From assembly GCA_030141605.1 (NCBI GenBank), contig JAQGDQ010000045.1:310001-374000 (forward strand): a DNA stretch of 64,000 nt, given 5' to 3'. This DNA comes from Tubiluchus corallicola (Eukaryota > Animalia > Priapulida). Shown piece by piece: positions 53,901 through 64,000 of the stretch. The notes below the pieces were generated by a model. The model was not told the origin of the DNA. It saw only the letters and a list, made by a program, of their open reading frames with translations, and searched no databases. The position numbers and the translations under genes are program-made. Every line of letters begins with the position of its first letter. Positions within the stretch are counted from its first letter, which is position 1.

Positions 53901-54009
53901 TTGTCTGTTGTTTGTATGTTTAATATTTTGTCTTTTGCAGAATGATACTCATCAGATCAGTCCAGTTCCAGCTTCTCATGCCGGTATCACCAAGTCCATC
54001 ACATTTTAA
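17781..54009 (+). CDS. TRIO/KALRN: Trio/Kalirin-family RhoGEF-kinase, C-terminal half (Duet-like model): DH2-PH2-SH3-Ig-FN3-Ser/Thr kinase; 30 exons, ~1432 aa
   Basis: Manual splicing with GT-AG boundaries and matching phases gives one open frame. Motifs: [89 protein letters not shown]3 AEGWVP, kinase [37 protein letters not shown]. Confidence 0.95.
20214..20274 (+). repeat. Short tandem duplication (30 bp)
   Basis: tgt(c/t)atcattgtttattataaa(a/g)gccaaac occurs twice. Confidence 0.8.
23900..24600. repeat. Diverged internally duplicated repeat (GGTCACGTGAC-type non-autonomous element)
   Basis: Paired blocks aatgtgaaaattag (~24040 and ~24317) and aggtca(c/g)(g/a)tgacatagg..aaa.tgttaaaatgg (~24144 and ~24456). 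Confidence 0.5.
25035..25131 (+). CDS. TRIO/KALRN: Exon, post-SH3 linker ([11 protein letters not shown]...NKRRSTFR)
   Basis: ttttgcttgcag acceptor, AG|gtaaag donor; phase 1 to 2; resembles Trio 'PKRPGNTLR'. Confidence 0.85.
26738..26867 (+). CDS. TRIO/KALRN: Exon ([17 protein letters not shown]...HQKFK)
   Basis: gtttcag/gtaagt; resembles Trio/Kalirin 'KWLTSPVRRLS'; phase 2 to 0. Confidence 0.9.
29589..30905 (-). mobile_element. Probable solo LTR (~1.3 kb)
   Basis: Inverted termini TGTAACA...GTGACA (TGTCACGG...TGTTACA on -); GC-richer than the surrounding intron; flanks cgtgg/caagg are only a partial TSD. Confidence 0.45.
31545..31897. repeat. TTCGAA/GAATTTGAAT-rich degenerate non-autonomous element
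   Basis: Clusters of gaattcgaa/aattgaatttgaat at both ends; similar motifs at 36450-36685. Confidence 0.4.
32128..32205 (+). CDS. TRIO/KALRN: Exon ([26 protein letters not shown])
   Basis: ttacttgcag/gtgagt; 78 nt, phase 0-0, open frame; no homology anchor. Confidence 0.7.
34534..34683 (+). CDS. TRIO/KALRN: Exon (EQVSST...[10 protein letters not shown]...GKI)
   Basis: ttttgcag/gtaagt; contains the conserved LPPPMxI motif of the Trio pre-DH2 linker. Confidence 0.9.
35916..36017 (+). CDS. TRIO/KALRN: Exon (PSNQSS...[15 protein letters not shown])
   Basis: tttttcag/gtaagt; phase 0-0; resembles Trio 'ELVSAIEELVKSKM'. Confidence 0.88.
36840..37004 (+). CDS. TRIO/KALRN: Exon, start of DH2 (..[26 protein letters not shown])
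   Basis: tttatag/gtaagc; DH conserved region 1. Confidence 0.95.
37305..37388 (+). repeat. Short tandem duplication (~40 bp)
   Basis: gtgatgatcc..accatt(c/t)gtttaccct..tgt..gactagtg occurs twice. Confidence 0.75.
37850..37940 (+). repeat. Short direct duplication (39 bp, period 52)
   Basis: ctagtggtc(g/a)ataattttgtttcacttttgctagagggt occurs twice. Confidence 0.85.
38184..38360 (+). CDS. TRIO/KALRN: Exon, DH2 (GFMELMK...[13 protein letters not shown]...FIKY)
   Basis: ctgcag/gtaagc; typical Trio DH motif. Confidence 0.96.
39653..39739 (+). CDS. TRIO/KALRN: Exon, DH2 ([29 protein letters not shown])
   Basis: atatag/gtttgt; closely resembles Kalirin/Trio GEF2. Confidence 0.96.
40932..41024 (+). 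CDS. TRIO/KALRN: Exon, DH2 CR3 ([17 protein letters not shown])
   Basis: ttttgcag/gtaagt. Confidence 0.96.
41166..41294 (+). CDS. TRIO/KALRN: Exon, DH2 end (DFLKYT...[12 protein letters not shown])
   Basis: ttttag/gtgagt; DH-PH junction. Confidence 0.96.
41665..41844 (+). CDS. TRIO/KALRN: Exon, PH2 ([13 protein letters not shown]...ERRVFLFEQ...)
   Basis: cttttcag/gtaggt. Confidence 0.96.
42438..42667 (+). CDS. TRIO/KALRN: Exon, PH2 end and Galpha-q-binding helix ([17 protein letters not shown])
   Basis: atcacag/gtaagt; phase 0 to 2. Confidence 0.95.
42958..43296 (+). repeat. Exact tandem duplication, 2 x 168 bp with a 3-nt spacer (period 171)
   Basis: 42958-43125 is identical to 43129-43296 by direct comparison. 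Confidence 0.95.
43344..43349 (+). promoter_or_regulatory. Candidate intronic poly(A) signal
   Basis: AATAAA followed by GU-rich 'tgttgttttacactgttttgg', downstream of the in-frame stop at 42669-42671. Confidence 0.35.
43606..43762 (+). CDS. TRIO/KALRN: Exon, Ser-rich linker (AGLNLMG...RGKKK)
   Basis: cattttag/gtactc; phase 2 to 0; open frame. Confidence 0.8.
44357..44516 (+). CDS. TRIO/KALRN: Exon, linker (FQLKWSRSF...DDSSL)
   Basis: ctaac branch motif, ttttacag/gtaagt; phase 0 to 1. Confidence 0.8.
45051..45213 (+). CDS. TRIO/KALRN: Exon, linker ([10 protein letters not shown]...STIP)
   Basis: atttag/gtaaga; phase 1 to 2. Confidence 0.82.
45455..45563 (+). CDS. TRIO/KALRN: Exon, linker (THSVPDL...KVESA)
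   Basis: cctttag/gtaagt; phase 2 to 0. Confidence 0.82.
45955..46035 (+). CDS. TRIO/KALRN: Exon, SH3-2 N-half ([22 protein letters not shown])
   Basis: gctgtag/gtatga; SH3 RT-loop motif. Confidence 0.93.
46662..46786 (+). CDS. TRIO/KALRN: Exon, SH3-2 C-half ([25 protein letters not shown])
   Basis: tgttag/gtatgt; phase 0 to 2. Confidence 0.93.
46965..47094 (+). CDS. TRIO/KALRN: Exon ([10 protein letters not shown]...VNMQ)
   Basis: ttttgcag/gtgaga; phase 2 to 0. Confidence 0.88.
47740..47890 (+). CDS. TRIO/KALRN: Exon, Ig I-set N-half (PEFIDPL...ATLTCKV...IVWKGP)
   Basis: ctgcag/gtacag; Ig Cys and Trp. Confidence 0.93.
48053..48565. mobile_element. Foldback element with ~210-bp inverted arms, each containing a tRNA-like segment
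   Basis: Termini tttgataccaaacttgaaaga...tctttcaagtttggtatcaaa. Arms are complementary inward to about 48265/48345. A-box-like TGGCCTAGT and B-box-like GTTCAAATTC on the - strand of the left arm. Confidence 0.8.
48727..48876 (+). CDS. TRIO/KALRN: Exon, Ig C-half (ATLTI...[13 protein letters not shown])
   Basis: gcatag/gtaagg; GxYxC motif. Confidence 0.93.
49073..49204 (+). CDS. TRIO/KALRN: Exon, FN3 N-half (KPSCPGTP...LKWTPP...YTVEY)
   Basis: ttgttag/gtaatt; FN3 W and Y. Confidence 0.93.
49756..50005 (+). CDS. TRIO/KALRN: Exon, FN3 C-half to kinase start ([15 protein letters not shown]...EVGR)
   Basis: tttgcag/gtaaga; FN3 tyrosine corner. Confidence 0.94.
50375..50575 (+). CDS. TRIO/KALRN: Exon, kinase N-lobe (GRFSVVK...AAAKF...E)
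   Basis: ttttcag/gtaagt; Gly loop and catalytic Lys. Confidence 0.95.
50803..50941 (+). CDS. TRIO/KALRN: Exon, kinase (..[13 protein letters not shown])
   Basis: tttttcag/gtaata; catalytic loop. Confidence 0.95.
51351..51526 (+). CDS. TRIO/KALRN: Exon, kinase (PENLL...DFGDA...GSPEFAAPE...TDMW)
   Basis: gtttcag/gtaggt. Confidence 0.96.
51963..52142 (+). CDS. TRIO/KALRN: Exon, kinase ([20 protein letters not shown]...)
   Basis: tctttag/gtaact. Confidence 0.96.
52434..52575 (+). CDS. TRIO/KALRN: Exon, kinase end and regulatory tail (..[14 protein letters not shown])
   Basis: cccttcag/gtaggt; resembles Trio '[13 protein letters not shown]'. Confidence 0.93.
53941..54009 (+). CDS. TRIO/KALRN: Terminal coding exon ([22 protein letters not shown])
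   Basis: tcttttgcag acceptor; RKHQ|ND junction as in vertebrate Trio/Kalirin; TAA at 54007-54009. Confidence 0.88.
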   Translation, partial: NDTHQISPVPASHAGITKSITF

Positions 54010-55831
54010 TTTCACCTGCAATGGTGGAAATGTGTCATTCCAGATCGTGCGTTAACAAAAGATAGATGACCCGAGTCAGTCAGTGGATGTTTGATTGTCA
54101 TAGTTGGATAGCCACATGTGCGCTGCTTTTTTGACAAATTTAGAATTGCGAAAATGGAGCAATGAATGTTTCAGCAAGTTTGGTGGTAGTTACTGGCCGC
54201 GTTATATTACTGGCTTTTGTTGGTTTTTATAATGTGAGTTGGTTGTAGTGACTGGAGGTAGCAGAGAATCTAGAAGTTGTTTCTAAACGGGCTTGTAGTG
54301 GCACTTAAAATAGCAAAATAGTTTTATTTTGATTGTGTATTTACTTGCAAAAAATTGTACATGTGTAAAAGCTAGCTTGTAAAACGTAAATATCATGTAT
54401 TTTGTGAGACTTAAATTGAAAGTCATTTGACTTCCCTGTGAACTGTTCTTCCTAATTTGTACTAATTTATTAAATGAATATACTTTTATTATTAGCCAGT
54501 TTTCAGTAAATTTTGATTAGCAAAAGATTGTTATGGTTGTGTATTATAGTTTTGGAATTTTTGAGTAGGTTTGTAAATATTTGTGAATTAAGAACCTCGA
54601 GTATATATTTAACGTATCTAAGGTTGTAGATACCAATTATTATCTCTTATAGTGATAATGGACTACTAAATATTTATATCGTAGCCATTCGCTTGTACAT
54701 AAAAAGATGCTTTCTGCCTCAGTTATCAAAACTGTTATGTACTTGCGGACACTGAAATAATGTAATGTTGAGTCTTTGTGTTAAGAAACTCATTTGCAAA
54801 GTTTGATGCATGTACCTTCAAATTTAATAGCTCTTTTGAGGTTTAATTACGATAATTGTGGTCGGTGCATATTTTGCTTAAAAAGTGATATTTGCTGTAT
54901 GTATGTGTAAAAATGTCTGTATGTATGTATGTTTCTTATAAGAATAATGTACATGATACTTATAATATTTGTAGAGTTTACTGCTATTGCTGTTGCGCTT
55001 GAAGTTTGGTTGTATTTTTTAAATTTCATTTATAGTAAGCATTTTTGTTTGGCTTGGCACATTTTCTTATCTGAATAATCAATATAATGTAAGTTTATAC
55101 TGTTCCAGATTATGCACTCGCTGCTGATGCATGTGCATTTACGATTACTGTATGTTTTTAGATGTGATAGTTACAATACATTTTCTGTTCATGCAGCTTT
55201 CATTCTGACAGATTTCATGTGTGTAATTTGATTTTCTCACATTGAGAAAGTGTCCAATTTGCATCCAAAGTAAATTAAAATGTAGTTTTGTACAAAACTA
55301 GGTAAGTACAATTTAGAGTTATTTTATCAATAAGTAAAATTTATTTATAACAATTAAGGCTTTTGTCTGTCTGTACTGTTTTTTGCAACTTTGTTATTTC
55401 GCATATTGAATCTCCAGTCTTTTCATTCTTAGTATTTTTAATGAGCAGTTTCTTGTATTTTGATATCGGAAACTTAACTGTGTGTGATGTTATATTGTAA
55501 CTTCATAAAGATTAATTTCGATCTTCCAGGCTTGCAAAATTTAAGGAAACACCGTCCATAGTACTCAATTTATTTTGTTAACATCTGAAGCCCAACTCCA
55601 CATTACAGTAGAATTTTGCAACAAATGCAATTCCTGCTATGCTTGCCTAAGTCTTTTTTATAACTCTGCATGTTTTGCAAATGATGATTATGCTTGTACA
55701 TATTATTAGCCACTTGTTGTTGCTTTAATTGTAATTAAAATGTTGAGCTTTTTCATGTTATGGATATTAAATTTATTTGTAGATATTATTCAGTCGAAAT
55801 TCTAGTTCTCTTATGAATAGAGTGTGATTAT

Positions 55832-55837
55832 AATAAA
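55832..55837 (+). promoter_or_regulatory. Candidate distal poly(A) signal (implies ~1.8 kb 3'UTR)
   Basis: AATAAA at the end of a long U-rich stretch after the stop codon. Confidence 0.4.
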
Positions 55838-56876
55838 ATATCAACTATTAACTAAATAATTTGATGCTTTGGACAATTTTTAGCAAAGGTGCATTATCTT
55901 TTTTGGAGATGGTAGTATAGTATATTGTTCATCTTTAGGTTAGTATAGTATATTGTTTATCTTTGGAGGATCGAATTTCTATATAAAACACTACAACTAA
56001 AAATTAGACAGCAGCAGCAGCAACAACGTCAGCAACAAAATTAGTGGCATTATAGTGCCTGTCTTGAAAACGTCCACCATGCATCAGTAGTAGATCCGTT
56101 TGATTGACAGCTGAAATTTTGACCCTTTTTAAGTTTATTAGCTTGCTGGTCATTGTGTCATTGTCATATGCCACAGGTAGCTAGATGAACTGAATACTTA
56201 TTATATCATTGGTATTTGAAGTTTTGACAAATGATTTTCGGAAGAACGCTGGAAAAAAGTCGTTCATTTACAGTATTGGTACTAAGAGAACATCCAGCTG
56301 TCAATCGTTAATGTACAATTTACTTCATGTACATGGTTGTGGCGAGACGGGAATCCAGTTCATTGTTAAAGAATTCCTTCGAATGTGACACTGAACCAAG
56401 AGAGGATTGGAGTTCCTCTCTTCTTCCACCGATGGCGCCACCGTCTATATAGGCTCAAACACCCCTCAAAACAATGACTCCATAGTACATTATGCAGATG
56501 TGTTACTAGAAGCCACAGTCTTGAGATGATAAAGAGTGATTAAGGGGTTCTGATTTGCAGTCTGGTCTGATTTTAAACTGTGATCTTCATTCTTGATCCC
56601 AGACTATAGCTGTAGTAAAATATAAAAGTTCAGCAGTCTAAAATGAAATTTGCAACTAGTCCCTAAGGGCTTGAGCGATTTTGTTGGGCAGTTAACTAAT
56701 CTTTATGATGGCAGGGAGCAATGAGTTCGATAAACGGATGACAATCAGCCAGCTAAAGTCAGGAAGATATATGTAGATAATCCAGTAATTTTTTCCAGTT
56801 CAAAAGTGCGCGGTTTGCACAGTGGCCGTATTATCCATATAGCCTGATTAGGATAAAGCCTAGGGGCTACAAGGGA

Positions 56877-57454
56877 CTATTCCATTTTCAAGACGATTTC
56901 AGAAGTGTCCAACTCAATTTCAGACTTATCTAAATGAATTTAAGATTGTCCAAGTCAGTTTCGGAAATGTCCAATCGAATTTCAATTTTGTCCAAATGTG
57001 TTAAAGCTTGCTGCATTAGCTAACGTGCTACTTTAAAGAAAGTAAGAGAAGAGTTGTTGTTAATCACTCCAAATTTTATATAATTGCTTGTGTCAAATTT
57101 TCTGTAGATTTTGTAATATCAGGTACCGTTATAGCCCTAGTAGCTTTTGGCTATTGTTAAAATAATAAAATGTTTTGCTGAAAAGTTTTGTATTGAAGGG
57201 AAAAAGAACTTTATGTACACAAAAAATAAATAAATATACATGTTAATTGCATTAACGGTAATTATTTTGATCAATTGAGCAAAATCATCGAAAATTAATG
57301 ATATAGTACAGAATAAAATACAAATACCTACAATATGACAGAAATCTGAAATTGACTTGGTCAAATGTAAAATTCGTTTTCAAATATCTGAAATTGAGTT
57401 GGGCAACCTGAAATTAACTTGGACATTTCTGAAGTAGATGTTGAAATATTGTAG
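56877..57454. mobile_element. MITE with tandem subterminal ~21-bp repeats in inverted orientation
   Basis: Left units tgtccaagtcaatttcaga-like; right units tctgaaattgacttgg-like; AT-rich core. Confidence 0.7.
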
Positions 57455-58293
57455 AAATAAGAAAATTATCTTTCAGTAAGACCGCTTTCTTGTTGTAGCG
57501 AATCAAATCTCTTATTTTAAAACAATTATCGATAAATTATATGTATTTTAAATAAAATTTCATTCGTCTGAAAATATTACACACAATTATGGGAGTTGAA
57601 CAATTATACTCCCAAAATTTCTATAGAATTTGTGTAGAATTTTTCTATCCGACCCGCAAAATAAATATAATGATATTCATTATTATTTGTATTAATATTT
57701 ATTAACATTTAATCTAAAATAATGTACAAATAATAAAGTGCATCCATAAAACGCTGAAAAGATTTATAGGAATCATGTGTTGCGGCCTAGTGCCAATCGT
57801 AGCAGGTTATACTGTAATGGGTGGCCTACATGAATGTAGGAGGCTTACTGTAGCGGGTGGCCTACATCGGCATCGGAGGCCTCCCGAAGGTGCATATACT
57901 AAGTATTAGAGACCCAGTCATGAATCGGCTTTAGGTTTGTGTATAAACGGTCGCTTGAAGATACATGCTGGAAATGGCGATGTTTCTGCAAGCTCATTTT
58001 TTGGTTTTTATGGTTATTATTGTGGTCACGTTTTCTTGCTCTCAGGCTACTCAAATCATAAAGATCTTCTCTCTAATGTTAAGCAGAGCAAATAAGCTGA
58101 GTCATTTTACACGTTTTGCCACTTTGGTGCTTGGGTGATGAACTATAAATGAAATTTACACGGTACAAATTTTACAAATTTTTGCGAGTTGTCATTTGAA
58201 AAATTTTGCAACATACAGGGGTCAATAAACTGAAGCCTTTAGAGTGAAAACTAAACGCGTGGGCTGTGCTGGACAAAAAAAATTATCGCAAAA

Positions 58294-58513
<220 letters not shown>

Positions 58514-60067
58514 CCAAGCAAATGACCAAATAATGCTTATACACTCGGGTGGATAAAAAGTAAGTCCTTGTCAAAAATCCATCACTTTGCACTAAAAAAA
58601 ATTCGCCGTGAAAACAGACACAGATACTGTGAACAATACTAAATTTTAAATAAGAAATGGGCATTTCAAAGCTGTAAAAAAGTTCAAATTTCCTAGAAAC
58701 AAAAAATATATAATTTATCCTTTAAGTTTCTTTTACTTGCATTGAAAAATTGTTCACTATGTTTTCCTGACACTTTAATTGCTTTTCAAAATCAAGGCCT
58801 GAATTGATCAACAGTTTTTATACTAAATGTTTGTGTATTTTTTGACTTTCTTTACAAACATTAGTGAGTGCCAAAATGTTTCTAGTTTACCATATTTCAT
58901 ATACAAGTTGGATAAAAATTCTCGGCTCTGTGTCATTTTACAAATGGCTTACTCTGTGTATAATAGGAACAACCATGTTTATTTCTATTTGTAGTACCTT
59001 TTTACAGTATAGTAGTTCTATGATACTTTGATACAAATTAATATTTCCCAAAATTATGATGCCATTATAGGTTAACTAGTACCAACTATGTTTTTACGAG
59101 ACGCGATAATTTTGTTAATTTGTAGCAATTTATCGACGCATTTATGTATGAGTTGTTTTTCTAATAACTTTTACCTAGTTTCTTACAAGTGCGTGCGGAA
59201 CTTTATTTAATTTAAATTGTATTAACAATGCCTAATTTTTTTCAATATTAATTGATCGAAACTATGACGTTGTCGGTAGCCTTAACAATTATTGTGTGTA
59301 TAGTTTCAGTGCAATAATTATCAATAATTTAGAAAACCTTTAGTTACGTTAAACTCTAACCTCAATTGGCCTTGAACACATTTTAATTTTTGGCCAGTAA
59401 CCTTTTCAGAGCGAGTTTCACATAAGAGTAAGTTCGCAAATACGCGTGATGCACGAGTTTAGTTTATTTATTATCCGTCCAGACCATGGAATGTTTGACG
59501 AGCTGAAATGAAGCCAAATAGCCAATAATGAAATGGGGCGCACAGAATTCCATCAAAGTGTTGAGAAATTTGAATATCGCTCTCCCGAGCAAACATAATC
59601 TAATACTTTCGAGAGTCGCGAACAAGTGAAAATCATTTTCTGGCGTGCAGCTTTCTGTCCGTCTGCCTGTTTGCATGTCTGTTACAGTCTATATTCAACA
59701 TCATCCCTCGTATGTTGCCAATGTTGGGTCACTAGCCGCACAATATTGAGCTAAAACATTATTGAGACCTACATACCGCAATTAGTGGCACGGATATTAC
59801 CTATATAGCTACCTGGCAAATGTGTTTGTTTAGCGTTCCTGGAGTTTGGGTCTTGTAATTATATCTAGGTTAAAGGAAAATGTGCATGGCTTTGGTGCTG
59901 CGTTAGCACAGATTCTGTGAATAAGACTAGTCTCGATAAGCCCTGAATAAATTCGAAATTGTACATGATACCACATATATGATAAATCTATCTTATATAT
60001 TAAAAACTGTTAGTGTAGCTATTGCATGTTATTAAGATGAAGAAAAATCAACGCAGGACAAGCAATA

Positions 60068-60197
60068 CCGTATAATGAGGTTACTTGAGGCACTAGGATT
60101 AGTTGAGACAAAATAGGAGGCAAAGTTTATAAACCAGCACAATTTCCGCCAGTTTTGTCTCAAGTAATCCTGTTAGTTTAAGTACCCAATTATACGG
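60068..60197. mobile_element. Tc1/mariner-pogo-type MITE (130 bp, TA TSD)
   Basis: TA|CCGTATAAT...ATTATACGG|TA with ~50-bp imperfect TIRs (aggattagttgagacaaaa / ttttgtctcaagtaatcct). Confidence 0.75.
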
Positions 60198-62662
60198 TAA
60201 AGAATATGACAACTATGTACTTGAAAAAATATATTTGATAAGTACAAAGTAATTTCATTGACTACCACTTAAAGGAAAAACCGACCATAGAACAATATAA
60301 TGTTTTATTTTAATATACACTCAAGAATATTGAGATTATCACATAATATACGGGTGTAAAATGCCTTGTTTAAAAATGCAAAAGAAATTTATATCCTGCC
60401 AAACGAGCCTCGCTGCCTGCATATTTGAAAAAGCGATTAAGCTGGTGAACAGTACGAAAAAAAACACGCGTAAAAAAAACTGCAGTTCACTCAGAAATTT
60501 CGCTATTACAGCTGACTTGATCACTGTGTTTAACTCTGTTTATTTAAGTAAATAAAAATTAGTCGCGGGTCAATTAGCAACAATTTGCTTAAATAATTTC
60601 AATCCATGGGTTTATACCCCAAAATGCACACAGTAATTACAGATAAGCATGGAATTCTGCGAATTGCGAGCATACAGGTGCCAGTCGACTTACTAGCTTG
60701 TTAAAATATTTTTTTGTTATTTAGTCTGCTTTAAGTAGCCGAGTTGGACGTTATTACATCACCGCCTGTAACTGGTTTTCATTGCTAGTGGGCAACGGTA
60801 TTCATCAAAAAGTAAAAAATACTATATTAATAAGCTCTCACGTTTAACGTTTTGTGTTGTAATTCGTAATAAATATAGTAGCTACAGCTGCAAGAAAAGT
60901 TTGCTCAAGAACCTGGCGGAACTTAACGAGAGTCTAATGGCTCTTCCTTTAATACGAGACTTGGCAACTGCTCTCCTTGTAGGTTAACCAAATGTGAAAT
61001 AGCTTTAGCACTGTGCCTATGGTTTAAATGAAAATCGGTATACTTACGGACCCTGCCTGTGAGATATCACATATTTTGTGAACAAACAATGCTCTGTCTT
61101 CTCCTCTTTCCTCTCCTCTTCACTCCCCTCTTCTCTTCACCTGGTAGTTTGCTCGTTTTTGTTTGTTTGACCGTTTGATATTTTTGTCTGTCAGTCCCGC
61201 AGTTATCAGTTTTTGTCTATCAAGCCAGTCACTTAACGACCTTTCGTCAAATAGTCCGAAAGTATTCAATTAACCAGACACCCGGACAGTGTTCAAATTC
61301 ATCAAGTAGACTCGAAACAAAGGATATTTCAACCGCACTTTGTCGTTGCCAGTTTTCACCAGACCGCACGTTCCTAGCTAGGTGTTTGTGGTTTCCAATA
61401 CAGGCATTATTTGTAAATTCGATGCACACGTCTCGCAATTCTCACATTAATCATAAGTCCTTCAACCAAATCTCTGATTCCTATTTCAACTCTTATTTAA
61501 TTTTGAGAATTGTGGAAATGAAGCCATAGACAACGAAGTTGTTGGAAAACGATGATGGTTATGAATATAAATTCCTTTCAGCTTTATAAAGCTTCTGAGA
61601 GACGAATAGGCGAGAGCGTCCACATCACTAGGCACACTGTGGAATAGCCTAATAAATGTCATACATGTGGAAAATAGGAGGGCATTTATAACTCATACCA
61701 ATGGAAATTTTCTTTCATGTCTGAAAGCCAAAACTGTTTCAGTGTAGGCTTGTTTCTGTACGTAATTAACATAGTTCGTTTATTGTGATTAAATGCAACT
61801 GTGAGTTATGCTTGTTTAGGCATATGATATAGCTAAGTTAGTTTCCAGCAGGTATTTTCTTTCCAATCTAATCAGTGAATCCAAGAAATTTGTAAAAAAT
61901 AATCAGAGTGAGGCAATGACAATTCACCTCCGTCAACCGTCATTTTTACAATTTTCTTAAATGCACTGCTTTGACTGAAACAAAACGTTTCTGGGAATGA
62001 AATAATTTTTTTATACCTGTAAGCGTTATAGGCAGTTCCTATTTAATAGTAAATCTTTATACCAATAAGGGAAAACCATCAAGTTCTATTACCACAAATT
62101 CCCTGCGCATAATGTTTTTTATAGTGTCTTAAAGATAGCAATTATTAATTAGTTGAGGAATAATCTTAATGTGCCGTAACACTTTCACCAGAACCAAAGA
62201 TTTTAAAGTTGTTTTAGATTGCGGTCCGAGTGGCACAGAAAAAACTCTAGCCTGGGTTACCCTCTTCAAAATGTCAGCAGATTTATAGGGGTGCCAATTT
62301 GGCCAAACTTCAAAAATGCACAAATCCTATTAAAATGGATATCAAATTACTCGTCTAGTCACTTAGAATGAAAAATATATAGTTTGTTCTAGCTGTGACT
62401 TTTCGTTAGGTCACTAAGACTGCACATTGGATATGGTCAATGCACTTACGATCAAAGGTCAAATTTTCCTATAACGTTAGGATTAACCGATTTGAAAGAA
62501 CTTTGTAATTAATCATACATTTTTTGGTATGACAAATTCAACTGAACACCTTCAAGAATACAGACCAGCCTGAAGTTACCATTTTTAACAAAAAAGGTCA
62601 AACTCTTTAAAAGTATAATATACATTCTTTGATACCAAAGTCGTTCACAGTATCTACGAGCT

Positions 62663-64000
62663 TTACTCGTTGACAGATTTGCTAGAATCAGACAAATCAC
62701 TACAGTTGCCAATATCCGAATTGGTAGGCAAGTCACTGTAGTTACCAGTATCCGAAACGGCGTCAGTTTCATGAGTGCCACCAGCGACTGCTAGAGTTAA
62801 GTTAGTGAGGCAGAGCAGGGCGTATATATTGTGCAGATGCATATTTTCCTTGTTCATACACCAATTATGTTGTAGAGGTGCTGGAGTATCACCTGGATTC
62901 TTAAAGTTCAACAAGATGAAGACTTGGTAATTGGTTCTGGTAACCTTCATGTTGTGGAATCACTAAAAGATAGTATTTTTAGGGCAGATTTTTTTCTTCA
63001 TTGCTTCCCACTTCCTTGCTCGAGTTTTTACAACTGTCTTGCTAGTTTTGTGCGTGTCTATATAATCGTGAACTGTTCCATGTCAGCCTGTATGTATGTT
63101 GTTATTGGAAGTTTTTTCCCCAAGTTCTTGGAGCAACTTTCGAGCTTCCTCTAACCTCATAGATAGACTGCTTCTCATCACCCTAGAAACTAGAGATGGC
63201 ATCTACGTCAGTATGATTATTGGAACGGGCAATTGTATAAGTAATATCTGCACTGCATAGTGTCATACAATCATAAGCAGCCCCTTTTCTGTTTATGCAC
63301 TGTTTATTTGATATGACGAAGTTGCAAAGACCATAATACCAATATCTTCTGCTTCGACCACAACAACATCTTCAAGTCCAAATTTTCTGTGTTGAGAATA
63401 TATGCATAGAAGAATAGTGCCGATTCCATGTGTTTGCATTAAACTCTTCCATCTCCACATCAATTTTCAAGTCCCAACGAAATATGAAACGCTTCTCTGG
63501 ACGTTGCAATGACAGAGAAATTCAAAAAATGGCTGTACCCGAATTTACAAGAATGTTGAACTCGTTTTTAACATGCTTTAAGGATGGCAGTTTATCGTCT
63601 CTTTTTATGAAGTATTTCATCATCACTAATGAAAGACAATCCTAAAAGCCATTGATGTTCAGTGTCCTTGACATTTAGGTGCAGGTCATATGGATCATTT
63701 AAAAAATTATCTTGGAAATCTTTGGGTGACGAGCTAACGCAGGATTAAAACTTTGTTGACATATAATCACCCTAAGTAAATTGTTTACTATCTTGCTTCT
63801 CCCTCACATCATGGAGTGCTGAGACATTAAATTAAGCCCGTGTCTACTTCAAGCTTAGTAGTTATCGTGCAGGTCTACTTCAACAGATATTTGAGCTTGC
63901 CAACTAACTTTGATTTCATTCCTTTCACAGTGTTCCATTCACACTGAATATTGGAGCATTCATCAGTAACATCAGTGCTACTCTTGCTTAAGACTACTCA
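62663..64000 (-). pseudogene. Decayed Academ-like DNA transposon ORF (XPG/PIN-type nuclease region)
   Basis: Minus-strand fragments across stops and frameshifts: TDEC.IFSVNGT..KSKL, VDTGLI*CLSTP, NDPYDLHLNVKDTEHQ, VVVVEAEDIGIMV, HTDVDAISSF*GDEKQSI (H3TH-like), KVTRTNYQVFI...TPAPLQHNW. Confidence 0.7.

Noticed and set aside
56398-56422. Small hairpin aagagagga...tcctctctt
   Set aside because: A 9-bp stem is plausible by chance; no associated element boundaries were found.

Overview
AT-rich, intron-rich invertebrate animal genomic DNA, not prokaryotic. Most entries in the ORF track are spurious or are single exons with intron read-through. The main content is the 3' half of a Trio/Kalirin-family gene on the + strand. 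I traced by hand 30 GT-AG exons with consistent phases from 17781 to 54009 (4299 nt, about 1432 aa): a unique N-terminal exon, the '[15 protein letters not shown]' linker, DH2-PH2 RhoGEF with the Galpha-q-binding '[10 protein letters not shown]' helix, SH3, Ig, FN3, an intact CAMK/DAPK-like Ser/Thr kinase, and a tail ending ...SITF*. The N-terminal Sec14/spectrin/GEF1 exons are not visible and presumably lie upstream. The most interesting signal is isoform logic. A putative internal first exon with a polybasic/di-Cys motif, plus an in-frame stop and poly(A) signal right after the Gq helix, could yield a ~595-aa p63RhoGEF-like protein. A candidate 25-nt microexon would swap the C-terminus. Introns and flanks contain a ~515-bp foldback with tRNA-like arms, several MITE-like elements, a probable solo LTR, an exact 168-bp tandem duplication and mini/microsatellites. 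A decayed Academ-like (XPG/PIN nuclease) transposon ORF lies on the - strand at the right edge. All family assignments come from motif recognition only; no searches were run.
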